Shown here: one piece after another, positions 1 to 9,836 of the stretch
How the letters are laid out: each line of letters starts with the position of its first letter
Position numbering within the stretch: the first letter of the stretch is position 1
From: Sandaracinaceae bacterium
Lineage (GTDB): Bacteria; Myxococcota_A; Polyangia; Polyangiales; Houyiibacteriaceae
Assembly: GCA_020633075.1 (NCBI GenBank)
Contig: JACKEI010000003.1
Location: forward strand, 525,472 to 589,471
Reading direction: 5' to 3'
DNA: 64,000 nt
The notes under the pieces: model-generated
The model's database searches: none
Seen by the model: the letters and a program-made list of their open reading frames with translations, nothing else
What the model was told of the DNA's origin: nothing
Position numbers and translations under genes: made by a program

Positions 1-444
1 AGCGCGCCTGCGCTACGCCGCATCTTTCGCGTCGCCTCGGCCACGGCTCTCGCGGGCTGGCTGGTGGTGCTGCTCTTCCCGCTGGTCCCCGCTATGCCGC
101 GCGTGGGCCTCCTCGCGGGCGCGCTGACCCTGCTGTGCCTGCTCTACGTGTACCTGCTTGCGTTCGGCGCGCGGCACGACGAGCCCGGCCAGAAGCCGCG
201 CGGTGGCTTCTCCACGCTCCGCGGCGTGCTCATGCTCTTCGAGTCGCCGCGCGTGGTGCTGGTGGGCTGGATCCACTTCCTCGCCTTCGACCTGTTCGTC
301 GGCGCCAGCATCGCGACGGACGCCGAGCGCGTTGGCATCACCCACTGGTGGCTCCTGCCGGTCTACGGGCTGACGCTCATGTACGGGCCTGTCGGGCTCC
401 TGCTCTACATGGGGGTGCGCCTGCTGCTCCTGCTCGCGAGCTGA
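1..444 (+). CDS. DUF4281 (ABA4-like) family integral membrane protein, 5' end cut by the window edge
   Basis: Frame 1 is open from nt 1 to the TGA at 442-444; track ORF 64..444 is its tail. Hydrophobic helices and the FLAFDLFVG...GPVGLLLY signature I associate with DUF4281/ABA4-like proteins. Confidence 0.6.
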   Translation, partial: SAPALRRIFRVASATALAGWLVVLLFPLVPAMPRVGLLAGALTLLCLLYVYLLAFGARHDEPGQKPRGGFSTLRGVLMLFESPRVVLVGWIHFLAFDLFVGASIATDAERVGITHWWLLPVYGLTLMYGPVGLLLYMGVRLLLLLAS

Positions 445-474
445 GCGCGGCGCGACCCGGCCTCGGAGCGGTCT

Positions 475-1524
475 TCAGCTTGCAGCGCCGCCGCCCGCGC
501 GCCGCACCTGCGACGCGATGGCATCCGGTCCCGGCGTGGTGCGTGCGTCCGCCAAGATGCCCTCCACGCCCCCGCGACGGGTGACCGCCTCCGCCAGCGC
601 AGCCAGCCCCTGGTCCACGGTGACGTGCGGCGCGTAGCCCAGCAGCTCACGCGCGGGGGAGACGTCGAAGGAGGTGCTGCGGCCCCGCTGGATCACGTCC
701 GTGAGCGTCAGGCTCGAGGCCCCGAGGCGCGCCTTCAGCGCAGCCACCCGCACGCCCGCCCCTTCACGCGGAGCCGGCAGGCCCAGCGCCGCGCACAGGC
801 CCCCGTAGAAGTCGCGCGACAGCGTCATCTCGTCGTCCGTGACGTGAAACAGGGACCCGGCCGCCTCGGCGCGCTGGGCCGCGCGCAGCACCGCGTCCGC
901 GAGGTTGTCCACGTGGCAGGTGGCCACCAGGTTCTCGCCACGCCCCACCAGCAACACGCCCCCCGCCCGAGACTCACGCACGATGCGCGGCAGCAGGCGC
1001 CGGTCGTCCGGCCCCCACGTGGTCGCAGCGCGCAACACCACGGTGGACATGCGCTGGTCGCCCAGCCCGATGACCAGCTCCTCGGCCTCGAGCTCCGTGC
1101 GGGCGTGCGGGGCCTTCGGTCGGTGCCCCAGCGCCTTGTCTTCGTTCCAGTTCACGCGGTCGTGGTCGGCCAGGGTCACGTCCACGCAGCCCACGTGCAC
1201 GAAGCGCTTGCAGCCCGCGTGGCGGGCCGCCTTGAGCGCGTTCTCGGTGCCGGCCACGTTGGTCCAGCCCAGCACCTCGAGGCTGGCGTCGTGCGCACAC
1301 TCGCGCGCCGCATGGACCGCCACGTCGCAGCCCACGGCCGCGGCAGCCATCGCGCTCGGGTCCCCCAGGTCTCCCTGGAACCAAGTGATGTCTTCACCGG
1401 CCGCAGAGACCGCCGCAGCGACGGGCCCACGGGTCAGCGCGTGCACGGGGACACCCTCCGCCGCCATCCGTCGACGCACTGCCTGGCCGACCTGTCCGGT
1501 GGCTCCTGTCAAGAACACGCGCAT
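475..1524 (-). CDS. NAD-dependent epimerase/dehydratase family (extended SDR) oxidoreductase
   Basis: 349-aa ORF starting MRVFLTGATGQVGQ (Rossmann GxxGxxG). Length and layout fit extended SDRs. GC3-rich codons. Confidence 0.8.
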   Translation of the reverse strand: MRVFLTGATGQVGQAVRRRMAAEGVPVHALTRGPVAAAVSAAGEDITWFQGDLGDPSAMAAAAVGCDVAVHAARECAHDASLEVLGWTNVAGTENALKAARHAGCKRFVHVGCVDVTLADHDRVNWNEDKALGHRPKAPHARTELEAEELVIGLGDQRMSTVVLRAATTWGPDDRRLLPRIVRESRAGGVLLVGRGENLVATCHVDNLADAVLRAAQRAEAAGSLFHVTDDEMTLSRDFYGGLCAALGLPAPREGAGVRVAALKARLGASSLTLTDVIQRGRSTSFDVSPARELLGYAPHVTVDQGLAALAEAVTRRGGVEGILADARTTPGPDAIASQVRRAGGGAAS

Positions 1525-1608
1525 CAGCCGCTCGTACCGTCAGACACCACTCGCGCGCAAGTGTTGCTCGCTGTTGACACCCCAGATCCTTTTGCTAGGT
1601 TCCGCCGC

Positions 1609-1698
1609 GGAGAGCTGTCCGAGCGGTCAAAGGAGCTTGATTCGAAATCAAGTGTGCTGGCAACGGTACCAAGGGTTCGAATCCCTTGCTCTCCGCCA
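1609..1698 (+). tRNA. tRNA-Ser (anticodon CGA)
   Basis: Acceptor stem GGAGAGC/GCTCTCC plus G-CCA end, anticodon loop ttCGAaa, long variable arm, T-arm GGTTCGAATCC. 90 nt. Confidence 0.9.
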
Positions 1699-1797
1699 AG
1701 TCTGGTCTGGTTGGTCTTTGAACTTCTGCGTTCCACTCGGTGCCAAAGGCACACGTGGACTAATCATTACCTGAGAAGGGCTTGCCCTTCACCTAAT

Positions 1798-1887
1798 GGA
1801 GAGGTGACCGAGCGGTCGAAGGTGCACGACTGGAAATCGTGTGTGCCCGCGAGGGCACCGGGGGTTCGAATCCCTTCCTCTCCGCCA
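1798..1887 (+). tRNA. tRNA-Ser (anticodon GGA)
   Basis: Acceptor GGAGAGG/CCTCTCC plus G-CCA, anticodon loop ctGGAaa, long variable arm (GTGCCCGCGAGGGCAC), T-arm GGTTCGAATCC. 90 nt. Confidence 0.9.
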
Positions 1888-1982
1888 AGTGTCCCCTCAG
1901 CCAGGCCCACCGCGCTTTTCCATGTGCGGCCGGTGCCTGGCGTGTTAGTAGCGCTGCTTCGGTGTCTGTCCCTGTTTTCAGC

Positions 1983-2078
<96 letters not shown>

Positions 2079-2131
2079 TTCTAATTTAACCCCTACCGCT
2101 CCCCGCTGATTGTCTTAGGGTCGAGCGCCTC

Positions 2132-2563
2132 ATGTCCGAAGATCTCGTCGTCGACGCCCGCATCACCCTGCCCGCGAGCTCACTCTCGTGGACGGCGGTG
2201 CGCGCCAGTGGCCCCGGCGGCCAGAACGTGAACAAGGTCTCCACCAAGGTGGAGCTGCGTCTTGACCTGAACGAGGCGGACCTGCCGCCGGCGGTGCGCT
2301 TGCGGCTGGAGCAGCTCGCGGGGCAGCGGCTGAACCAGGACGGCTCCATCCTGATGACCAGCGACGTGACGCGCAGCCAGCAACGGAACCTGGAAGACGC
2401 GCGCGAGCGCCTGCGCCAGCTGGTGCTCTCGGCCACCCACGTGCCCAAGCGCCGGCGGCCCACCAAGCCCAGCAAGGGCGCGGTGCGGCGGCGCCTCGAG
2501 GGCAAGAGCCAGCGCTCCGAGATCAAGCGCGGCCGCGGCAAGGTGGACGGCGGAGACTACTGA
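2132..2563 (+). CDS. arfB: Alternative ribosome-rescue factor ArfB (peptidyl-tRNA hydrolase, YaeJ type)
   Basis: 143 aa with the GGQ motif (SGPGGQNVNKV) and a strongly basic C-terminal tail (KRRRPTKPSKGAVRRRLEGKSQRSEIKRGRGK), as in ArfB/YaeJ. Confidence 0.85.
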   Translation: MSEDLVVDARITLPASSLSWTAVRASGPGGQNVNKVSTKVELRLDLNEADLPPAVRLRLEQLAGQRLNQDGSILMTSDVTRSQQRNLEDARERLRQLVLSATHVPKRRRPTKPSKGAVRRRLEGKSQRSEIKRGRGKVDGGDY

Positions 2564-3039
2564 TGGACGAGGACTTCATGCGGGCCGCGATGGCCCAGGC
2601 GGCCCTGGCGGCGGAGCAGGGGGAGGTGCCCGTGGGCGCCGTGGCGGTGCGCGCGGGGGAGATCATCGCGGTGGGGCGCAACCTGCGGGAGCGCAGCCAG
2701 GACCCCACGGCGCACGCCGAGCTCATCGCGCTGCGGGCCGCGGCCGCGCGCCTGGGTACGTTCCGGCTCGACGACGTGTGCATGTACGTGACCCTCGAGC
2801 CCTGCCCCATGTGCGCCGGGGCCATGGTGAACGGCCGCGTGAGGCGGGTGGTCTGGGGGGCGGACGACCCGAAGGCTGGCGCCACGCGCACCCTGTACCA
2901 GCTGGGCGACGACCCGCGCCTGAACCACCGCTTCGAGGGGGTTGGAGGCGTGCTGGCCAGCGAGTGCGCGGAGCAGCTCTCCTCGTTCTTCAAGGCGCTG
3001 CGCGCGCGTCAGAAGGGCGAGGCGCCCGCTTCGCGTTGA
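2563..3039 (+). CDS. tadA: tRNA adenosine(34) deaminase TadA
   Basis: CDA-fold zinc motifs HAELIAL and PCPMCAGA. 158 aa. The start overlaps the arfB stop by 1 nt (TGATG). Confidence 0.9.
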   Translation: MDEDFMRAAMAQAALAAEQGEVPVGAVAVRAGEIIAVGRNLRERSQDPTAHAELIALRAAAARLGTFRLDDVCMYVTLEPCPMCAGAMVNGRVRRVVWGADDPKAGATRTLYQLGDDPRLNHRFEGVGGVLASECAEQLSSFFKALRARQKGEAPASR

Positions 3040-3126
3040 TCGAGGATTGACATGCCGGGAGGGCGAGGCTAAGAACCCGTCCCTGTCGGCCGGGCCGTGG
3101 CCCCGACGGCATTGACATCATTCTTT

Positions 3127-3218
3127 GGAGAGGTGGCCGAGTGGTCGAAGGCAATCGCTTGCTAAGCGGTCGTACGCGTTAAACCGTACCAAGGGTTCGA
3201 ATCCCTTCCTCTCCGCCA
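3127..3218 (+). tRNA. tRNA-Ser (anticodon GCU)
   Basis: Acceptor GGAGAGG/CCTCTCC plus G-CCA, anticodon loop ttGCTaa, long variable arm, T-arm GGTTCGAATCC. 92 nt. Confidence 0.9.
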
Positions 3219-3283
3219 AGTGCGCACAAAGCGCCAACTTCGCTTGACCAGCGAGCTTTGGCGACTAGAGTGCGCGCCTCGCT

Positions 3284-3359
<76 letters not shown>

Positions 3360-3363
3360 GCAA

Positions 3364-3396
3364 AGCCCTTGCGCTCCCCGCGCAGGGGCTTTTTCT
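3364..3396 (+). terminator. Rho-independent terminator after the tRNA-Arg gene
   Basis: Hairpin AGCCCTTGCGC-tcccc-GCGCAGGGGCT (11-bp stem, one G-U pair) followed by TTTTTCTT. Confidence 0.6.
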
Positions 3397-3544
3397 TGTC
3401 CTGCGCTGACGACCACACGTCGGCACGCGGGGCGGTCGTCGTGGCTTCGGCCGGGGGGCGGGCTGCCGCTGCGTCGCTTTGGCGGGGGCTCGACTGCCAC
3501 GGGGCGGCTTCGGCGGGGACGCGGCCCGCAGCGGGCCCAGGAAA

Positions 3545-3571
3545 GCAGCACTCGCGAGGGGTGAGTGCCAA
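3545..3571. promoter_or_regulatory. CIRCE inverted repeat (HrcA operator) upstream of groES
   Basis: GCAGCACTC-N9-GAGTGCCAA versus consensus TTAGCACTC-N9-GAGTGCTAA (15 of 18 positions, exact 9-nt spacer). Lies 120 nt upstream of the groES ATG. A weak sigma-70-like TTGCCC-17-TATCAG follows at 3590-3618. Confidence 0.7.
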
Positions 3572-3690
3572 AAAAGTCCCCAATCCCCCTTGCCCCAGCG
3601 TCGCAAGATGTTTATCAGAGGCATCCCGCGCGGGCTCTTGGCCGTTTTCGGCCAGGCCGCGCACAACGATTCAACCGAGGTGACTCTGCG

Positions 3691-3978
3691 ATGAAGATCC
3701 GACCCCTACAGGATCGCGTGCTCCTAGAGCGCGTGGAAGAAGAGAAGAAGACCAAAGGAGGCATCATCATCCCCGACACCGCCAAGGAGAAGCCCATCGA
3801 GGCGAAGGTCGTGGCGGTTGGGAATGGTGCCGTGGGTGACGACGGCAAGGTCCGCAAGCTGACCGTGAAGAAGGGCGACCGCGTCCTGTTCGGTAAGTAC
3901 TCGGGCACCGAGGTGAAGCTCGACGCCAAGGACTACATCATCATGCGCGAGTCAGACATTCTCGCGATTCTCGACTGA
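3691..3978 (+). CDS. groES: Co-chaperonin GroES
   Basis: [35 protein letters not shown]... is a canonical Cpn10. Start taken at the internal ATG 3691 of track ORF 3565..3978. Confidence 0.95.
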   Translation: MKIRPLQDRVLLERVEEEKKTKGGIIIPDTAKEKPIEAKVVAVGNGAVGDDGKVRKLTVKKGDRVLFGKYSGTEVKLDAKDYIIMRESDILAILD

Positions 3979-3987
3979 GGAGACTGA

Positions 3988-5649
<1,662 letters not shown>

Positions 5650-5676
5650 GCCTCGCTGCACACCGCTAGAAACCGA

Positions 5677-5709
5677 GAGGCCCTCGACGGAAACGTCGGG
5701 GGCTTCTTC
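5677..5709 (+). terminator. Probable Rho-independent terminator of groESL
   Basis: GAGGCCCTCGACG-gaaa-CGTCGGGGGCTTC hairpin (GNRA-like loop) followed by TTCTTCG. The T-tract is weak. Confidence 0.5.
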
Positions 5710-5809
5710 GTGTACGCCGTCAGCAGACTAGGTCGTCACCGCGTCGCGGATGCGGTCGGGCCTTGGCGCCGGCGCACCCGCGCCACGGACCCTGTGGCCC
5801 GGGTGATGG

Positions 5810-7594
5810 TCAACGACCCTCACGAGCCGCGGCGTCGGCAGCTGCTCGTCGCCAGTGGTTCTCCCCACGGCCCACCACGAGCGTGCCGCCCAGCTCCTCC
5901 TCGGTGCTCGGCTCCAGGATGGGTGAGTACCAGAGCTCGGCCACGATGCGCTGGGCGTCGATCTCGACGAGCCCGTAGCCGTGCCGCACCAAGTCCACGA
6001 AGGCGAACTGCGGGTTGCTCTCGCGCGCGCTGCGGTCCAGCGCGTCCACGAGCAGCTGTGAGCCGTTGACCGACTCGTCGACGTTGCCGCGGCTGACGCT
6101 CCCGGGCATGAGCTCCACCGCGACCGAGCCAGCCCCCGTGAGAACGTCGTAGCCAGGGGCGTCCTCGCGCGGGTCCGGGAGGTCGCTCGCCACCGTAATG
6201 TGCGCGTCGCCGCTGATGAAGAGGTTGTCGCTGTGCCCTCCGTCGGCAAGGAAGCCGAAGAGCTGCGCGCGCGACGCCTCGTACGCGTCCCATGTGGAGC
6301 CCCCCAGTAGCCCTAGCGCGCCTTCGATGGGGGCTACGATCCTCTGCGACCCAATGACGCGCCAGGCGGCGGACGACGCTTCGATCTCGCCCGTCAGCCA
6401 GGCGTACTGGGTCGCGCCCAGGATGCTGGGCTCTTCGCTACCTGGGACCAGGCTCTCGCCGCGGTGCAGCAGCACGTCTGTGATGATGACGTCGAGCAGC
6501 CCGCCAAAGCGCACCGTCCGATACGCGATCTCGGGCGCTTCCGGGTTCGCCGGCGGTGTCAGAGCGTTCCACTCACGGTAGGCCTGCACGCCGCCGCCGA
6601 AGTCCGCGGCGCGCTGCTCCAGATCGTGGTTGTCCCAGATCATGACCCAAGGCATGGCCGCCCGCGCGGCGCGTAGGTCGGGGTCACTCAGGTAGTACGC
6701 GTGTCGCTCGCGCCAGCCTTGTACGTCTTCCGGGACCAGCGGCTCAGGCGTGGGCACCCGCACCCGCTCCTCGTTGTCGACGAAGTCGTAGAGGTAGTCA
6801 CCCAGGTGGATCAGCGCGTCCACATCGTCGCGCTCGGCGATGCGCCGGTAGGCGTTGAAGTAGCCCGAGTAGATGCTGCTGCACGACACCACCGCCAGGC
6901 GCACCCGCTCCGCGTCCGGCCCCGGGGTGGTCCGGGTGCGGCCAAGCTCGGAGCGCTCACCCATGCGGTTGGTGAAGCGGTAGTAGTACGTGGTGCCCGC
7001 CTCGAGCCCGCCTACGCGGACGTGCACGGTGTGGTCTCCGGCCGGGGTGGCGTCGGCGTCGCCTTCGGTTACGACGGATGCGAAGTCTGGTGTGAGCGCG
7101 ACCTCCCACCGCACGCTCTCGGCCTCTGCTGCGCTCTCGGGTGTGACGCGCGTCCACAGATGCACGTGGCCTGGCCCAGGGTCGCCAGACGCGACGCCAT
7201 GGGCGAACGCTCCGCACGCGGGCACCAGGCCCAGCCGTTCGTCCACCGCATCGGGGTCTGGCGAGACGAGGATGCGTTGGAGCAGCGCGCCGGACGCACT
7301 GTGCAGTGTCAGCTCGGTCTCTCGAACCACGGCGGGCGCGCGGAAGCGCACCAGGCCGTCGTCGTCCACGTCGGGCTGCAGCAGCGGAACGCCGCGCAGC
7401 GTGAACGGGCCACGCGACACGTTGACGGCCGGAAGCACCACTTCCGCGCACATGACGGCCTGAGTCACCGGAATGACTCCTTCTTCACAGCCAGACGTGC
7501 TGAACGGCGAGGCGATCACGGCCGTGAGCGCGAGCAGCGCCGGGACCCGTACTTGCAAGTTCATCATGCGCAGAGCGTGAGCGGGAGACGCCAC
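5810..7594 (-). CDS. PhoD-family alkaline phosphatase/phosphodiesterase, probable lipoprotein
   Basis: 594 aa. Metallophosphatase-type motifs (HLGDYLY, MIWDNHD, ISGDAH) in PhoD-like order. N-terminal signal ending in a lipobox-like STSGC. GTG 7594 has a GGAG 9 nt upstream; ATG 7567 is an alternative start. Confidence 0.8.
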   Translation of the reverse strand: MASPAHALRMMNLQVRVPALLALTAVIASPFSTSGCEEGVIPVTQAVMCAEVVLPAVNVSRGPFTLRGVPLLQPDVDDDGLVRFRAPAVVRETELTLHSASGALLQRILVSPDPDAVDERLGLVPACGAFAHGVASGDPGPGHVHLWTRVTPESAAEAESVRWEVALTPDFASVVTEGDADATPAGDHTVHVRVGGLEAGTTYYYRFTNRMGERSELGRTRTTPGPDAERVRLAVVSCSSIYSGYFNAYRRIAERDDVDALIHLGDYLYDFVDNEERVRVPTPEPLVPEDVQGWRERHAYYLSDPDLRAARAAMPWVMIWDNHDLEQRAADFGGGVQAYREWNALTPPANPEAPEIAYRTVRFGGLLDVIITDVLLHRGESLVPGSEEPSILGATQYAWLTGEIEASSAAWRVIGSQRIVAPIEGALGLLGGSTWDAYEASRAQLFGFLADGGHSDNLFISGDAHITVASDLPDPREDAPGYDVLTGAGSVAVELMPGSVSRGNVDESVNGSQLLVDALDRSARESNPQFAFVDLVRHGYGLVEIDAQRIVAELWYSPILEPSTEEELGGTLVVGRGENHWRRAAADAAAREGR

Positions 7595-7692
7595 ACACGC
7601 GTGGCGTCTCCGTGACGTTCTCGTTCTGCGCCCCGACGTCGACCTCGGCGCTGGCCGTGGTGGCGCGCGCAGCGCTCTTCAGCGACGGCGCG

Positions 7693-9138
7693 TCACTCCT
7701 CGCCCTGCTCCTGCCATGCATCCTCCTCGTCTGGGTCGCCCTGCCAGGCGTCTTCGTCGTCGGCTGCGTCGTCCACCGCGTCACCTACATCGACCCCCGC
7801 CTCGGCTTCGTCGGCGGGAACGGCGGAGCCACAGCGCCAGGCGAGCGAGCCGTCTGCCGCGCCGAGCAGGCACTGCGTCCCGCGTGTGCTGCGGATGTCG
7901 TCGCACCCTTGCGCTAGCCCCACGAAGCGGTGGTCGCGCGACGCGATGGGCCCCATGAACGCGTCGCCTGGGCAGCCCAGGCCCGCCCAGCGCACGGCGT
8001 GGACCAGGTGCAGCTCGTCGTTGCGCCACTCGAAGACCAGCAGCGCGAGCTCCGGATGGTCCCCGGAGTGCAGGTCGCTCAGCTCGTCGTAGATGTTGTC
8101 CGTGCGCTGGCTCGCGCGCAGCTCGACCTCTAGCGGGAGCACCAAGTACGTGCTGCCTACGACGGGAGTCCACCAGTGCGGCGCGCGTAGCCCCTCCCAA
8201 GCGAGCCCTTCCGTGTCTTCGGCAGCGGGGGGGCCGTACTGCACCGCGCTCGTGGGCGCGCGCAGCGCGATGTGGTGGAGCCCCTGCGCGTCCAGCACCG
8301 GCCGCACCAGCGAGGCGTAGGCGGCGTTCGGCAGGCGGGCGGGCTCGCGGATGCGCGGCGACGTGGGCGGCGCGCTCAGCCCGGCGGGCAGCGCCAGCGC
8401 GATGGGGGGCAAGCGCTGTGGCGCTCGCTCGTCCGAGACGTCGGCGCCCAGCGTCGCGAGTCCGACCCAGGCCTCGGGGGCGCGCGCGAACGCGGCGCGC
8501 GACCAGAACCCGGGCAGCGCCCGCAGCGCGACACGGCGTCGCTGCGTGAGCAAGGCGTCCACGCGCACGGGCCCCGAGTCCACGGACAACACCACATCGA
8601 GCTGCTCGAGAGCCTTGTCATGACGACCCACGCTCGCCAGCGCTCCCGCGAGGTCCAGCCGCGTGTCCAGCGAGCTCGGGTCCACCTCGAGCGCCCGCGC
8701 GTACCACGCCAGCGCCTCCTCCGGGTGCTGACGGAGCCTCGCGTGACCGCCCCGGGCGATGGCGGCAGCGACCCGCGCCGGAGTGGTCGCGCAGCCCTCG
8801 AGGAGGGTGGCGGCGACTGGTGGCGCGGCATCCCTGCCGCGTGCCACTTGCTGCAGTGCGCGACGCGACGCGCGAGCATCCCCTCCGCTCCCCACGCACG
8901 CGGGCGCGGTCGCCTGGTAGGGCGCGAACTCCGGGGGGCCTTCGGGCGTCGGAGCGGCGGTGGCTGTGGGCGTGGCCGCCGCGAGCGTCTCCGCCGATGC
9001 CGACGCGGTGGCCTCCTGCCCGTGGGACGCGGGAGCGGCGTCCCCACCGCATCCCGTGAGTGCCCCACTGAGCAGCAAGGTGAACATTCCGACCGCCGTG
9101 ACGAGAGGGCGGGGTGGGACTTCGGGCGAGCGGTGCAT
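7693..9138 (-). CDS. Hypothetical lipoprotein with a TPR-like segment and an acidic C-terminal tail
   Basis: Signal peptide plus lipobox (LLLSGALTGCGG). TPR-like EEALAWYARALEVDPSSLDTRLDLAGALASVGRHDKALEQL. D/E-rich C-terminus. No family recognised. Confidence 0.55.
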   Translation of the reverse strand: MHRSPEVPPRPLVTAVGMFTLLLSGALTGCGGDAAPASHGQEATASASAETLAAATPTATAAPTPEGPPEFAPYQATAPACVGSGGDARASRRALQQVARGRDAAPPVAATLLEGCATTPARVAAAIARGGHARLRQHPEEALAWYARALEVDPSSLDTRLDLAGALASVGRHDKALEQLDVVLSVDSGPVRVDALLTQRRRVALRALPGFWSRAAFARAPEAWVGLATLGADVSDERAPQRLPPIALALPAGLSAPPTSPRIREPARLPNAAYASLVRPVLDAQGLHHIALRAPTSAVQYGPPAAEDTEGLAWEGLRAPHWWTPVVGSTYLVLPLEVELRASQRTDNIYDELSDLHSGDHPELALLVFEWRNDELHLVHAVRWAGLGCPGDAFMGPIASRDHRFVGLAQGCDDIRSTRGTQCLLGAADGSLAWRCGSAVPADEAEAGVDVGDAVDDAADDEDAWQGDPDEEDAWQEQGEE

Positions 9139-9245
9139 GTGCGGGTTCTCCGGTTCGGGAGACTACGCCCAATGCGCTTGCATCCTTCCTCTCGTTTTGG
9201 CCACCATCAGGGCCGCCGAAGGTGTCGTTGGGAGAGGGAGCAGCC

Positions 9246-9707
9246 GTGTCGCAGAGCAGCAAGATCGTCATCGCCGTGTTGGCCACCATCATCCTCGTGG
9301 GCACGTGCTGCTGCTGCGGGAGCCTGGTCTACGTGGCGGGTGAGTCGCCCACGTGGGACGCCGCGGACGCCCAGGCTGGGCTCGACGGCGCGGAGCTCGG
9401 GCGCAGCGCGACGGCCGAGGAATGCATCAACTCCGCGATCGCGCGGGACCCTGGCTGCGGGTTGATGGACGCGCTCTGCAAGAGCCAGCTGGCCGCGTTC
9501 ACGCAGGCCTGTCTGACCGCGCTGCCGCAACCGCCCTCGGATCTCTGTGTGAGCATTCCGGCGACCAGCATGATGGGGGAGGAGAGCCTGCAGGCAGGCG
9601 AGGCATTCTGCGCCGCTCGTGGCCACCCCATGAGCGCCGGCTGCGACGCCGTCTTCGTTGCGCTCAGCGAGCACTGCGACGCGCTGCGCGCGCGCGGCTC
9701 ACGCTAG
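9246..9707 (+). CDS. Hypothetical Cys-rich membrane-anchored protein
   Basis: GTG 9246 preceded by GGGAGAGGGAG. One TM helix (IVIAVLATIILVGTCCCC) followed by a Cys-rich ectodomain. The longer track ORF start (9114) would overlap the divergent gene start. Confidence 0.5.
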   Translation: MSQSSKIVIAVLATIILVGTCCCCGSLVYVAGESPTWDAADAQAGLDGAELGRSATAEECINSAIARDPGCGLMDALCKSQLAAFTQACLTALPQPPSDLCVSIPATSMMGEESLQAGEAFCAARGHPMSAGCDAVFVALSEHCDALRARGSR

Positions 9708-9836
9708 CGTGCGACCGCAGTTGCCCGGCGTCCGTGCTCGGGTGCTGGCGCACGATCACGGTGCTGCGGCCTAGCATGGGCTCGCGCGGCGGGTACGGGG
9801 TGTAGGCTGTACCTTCCCCCAACGAAGCGAGCCACG

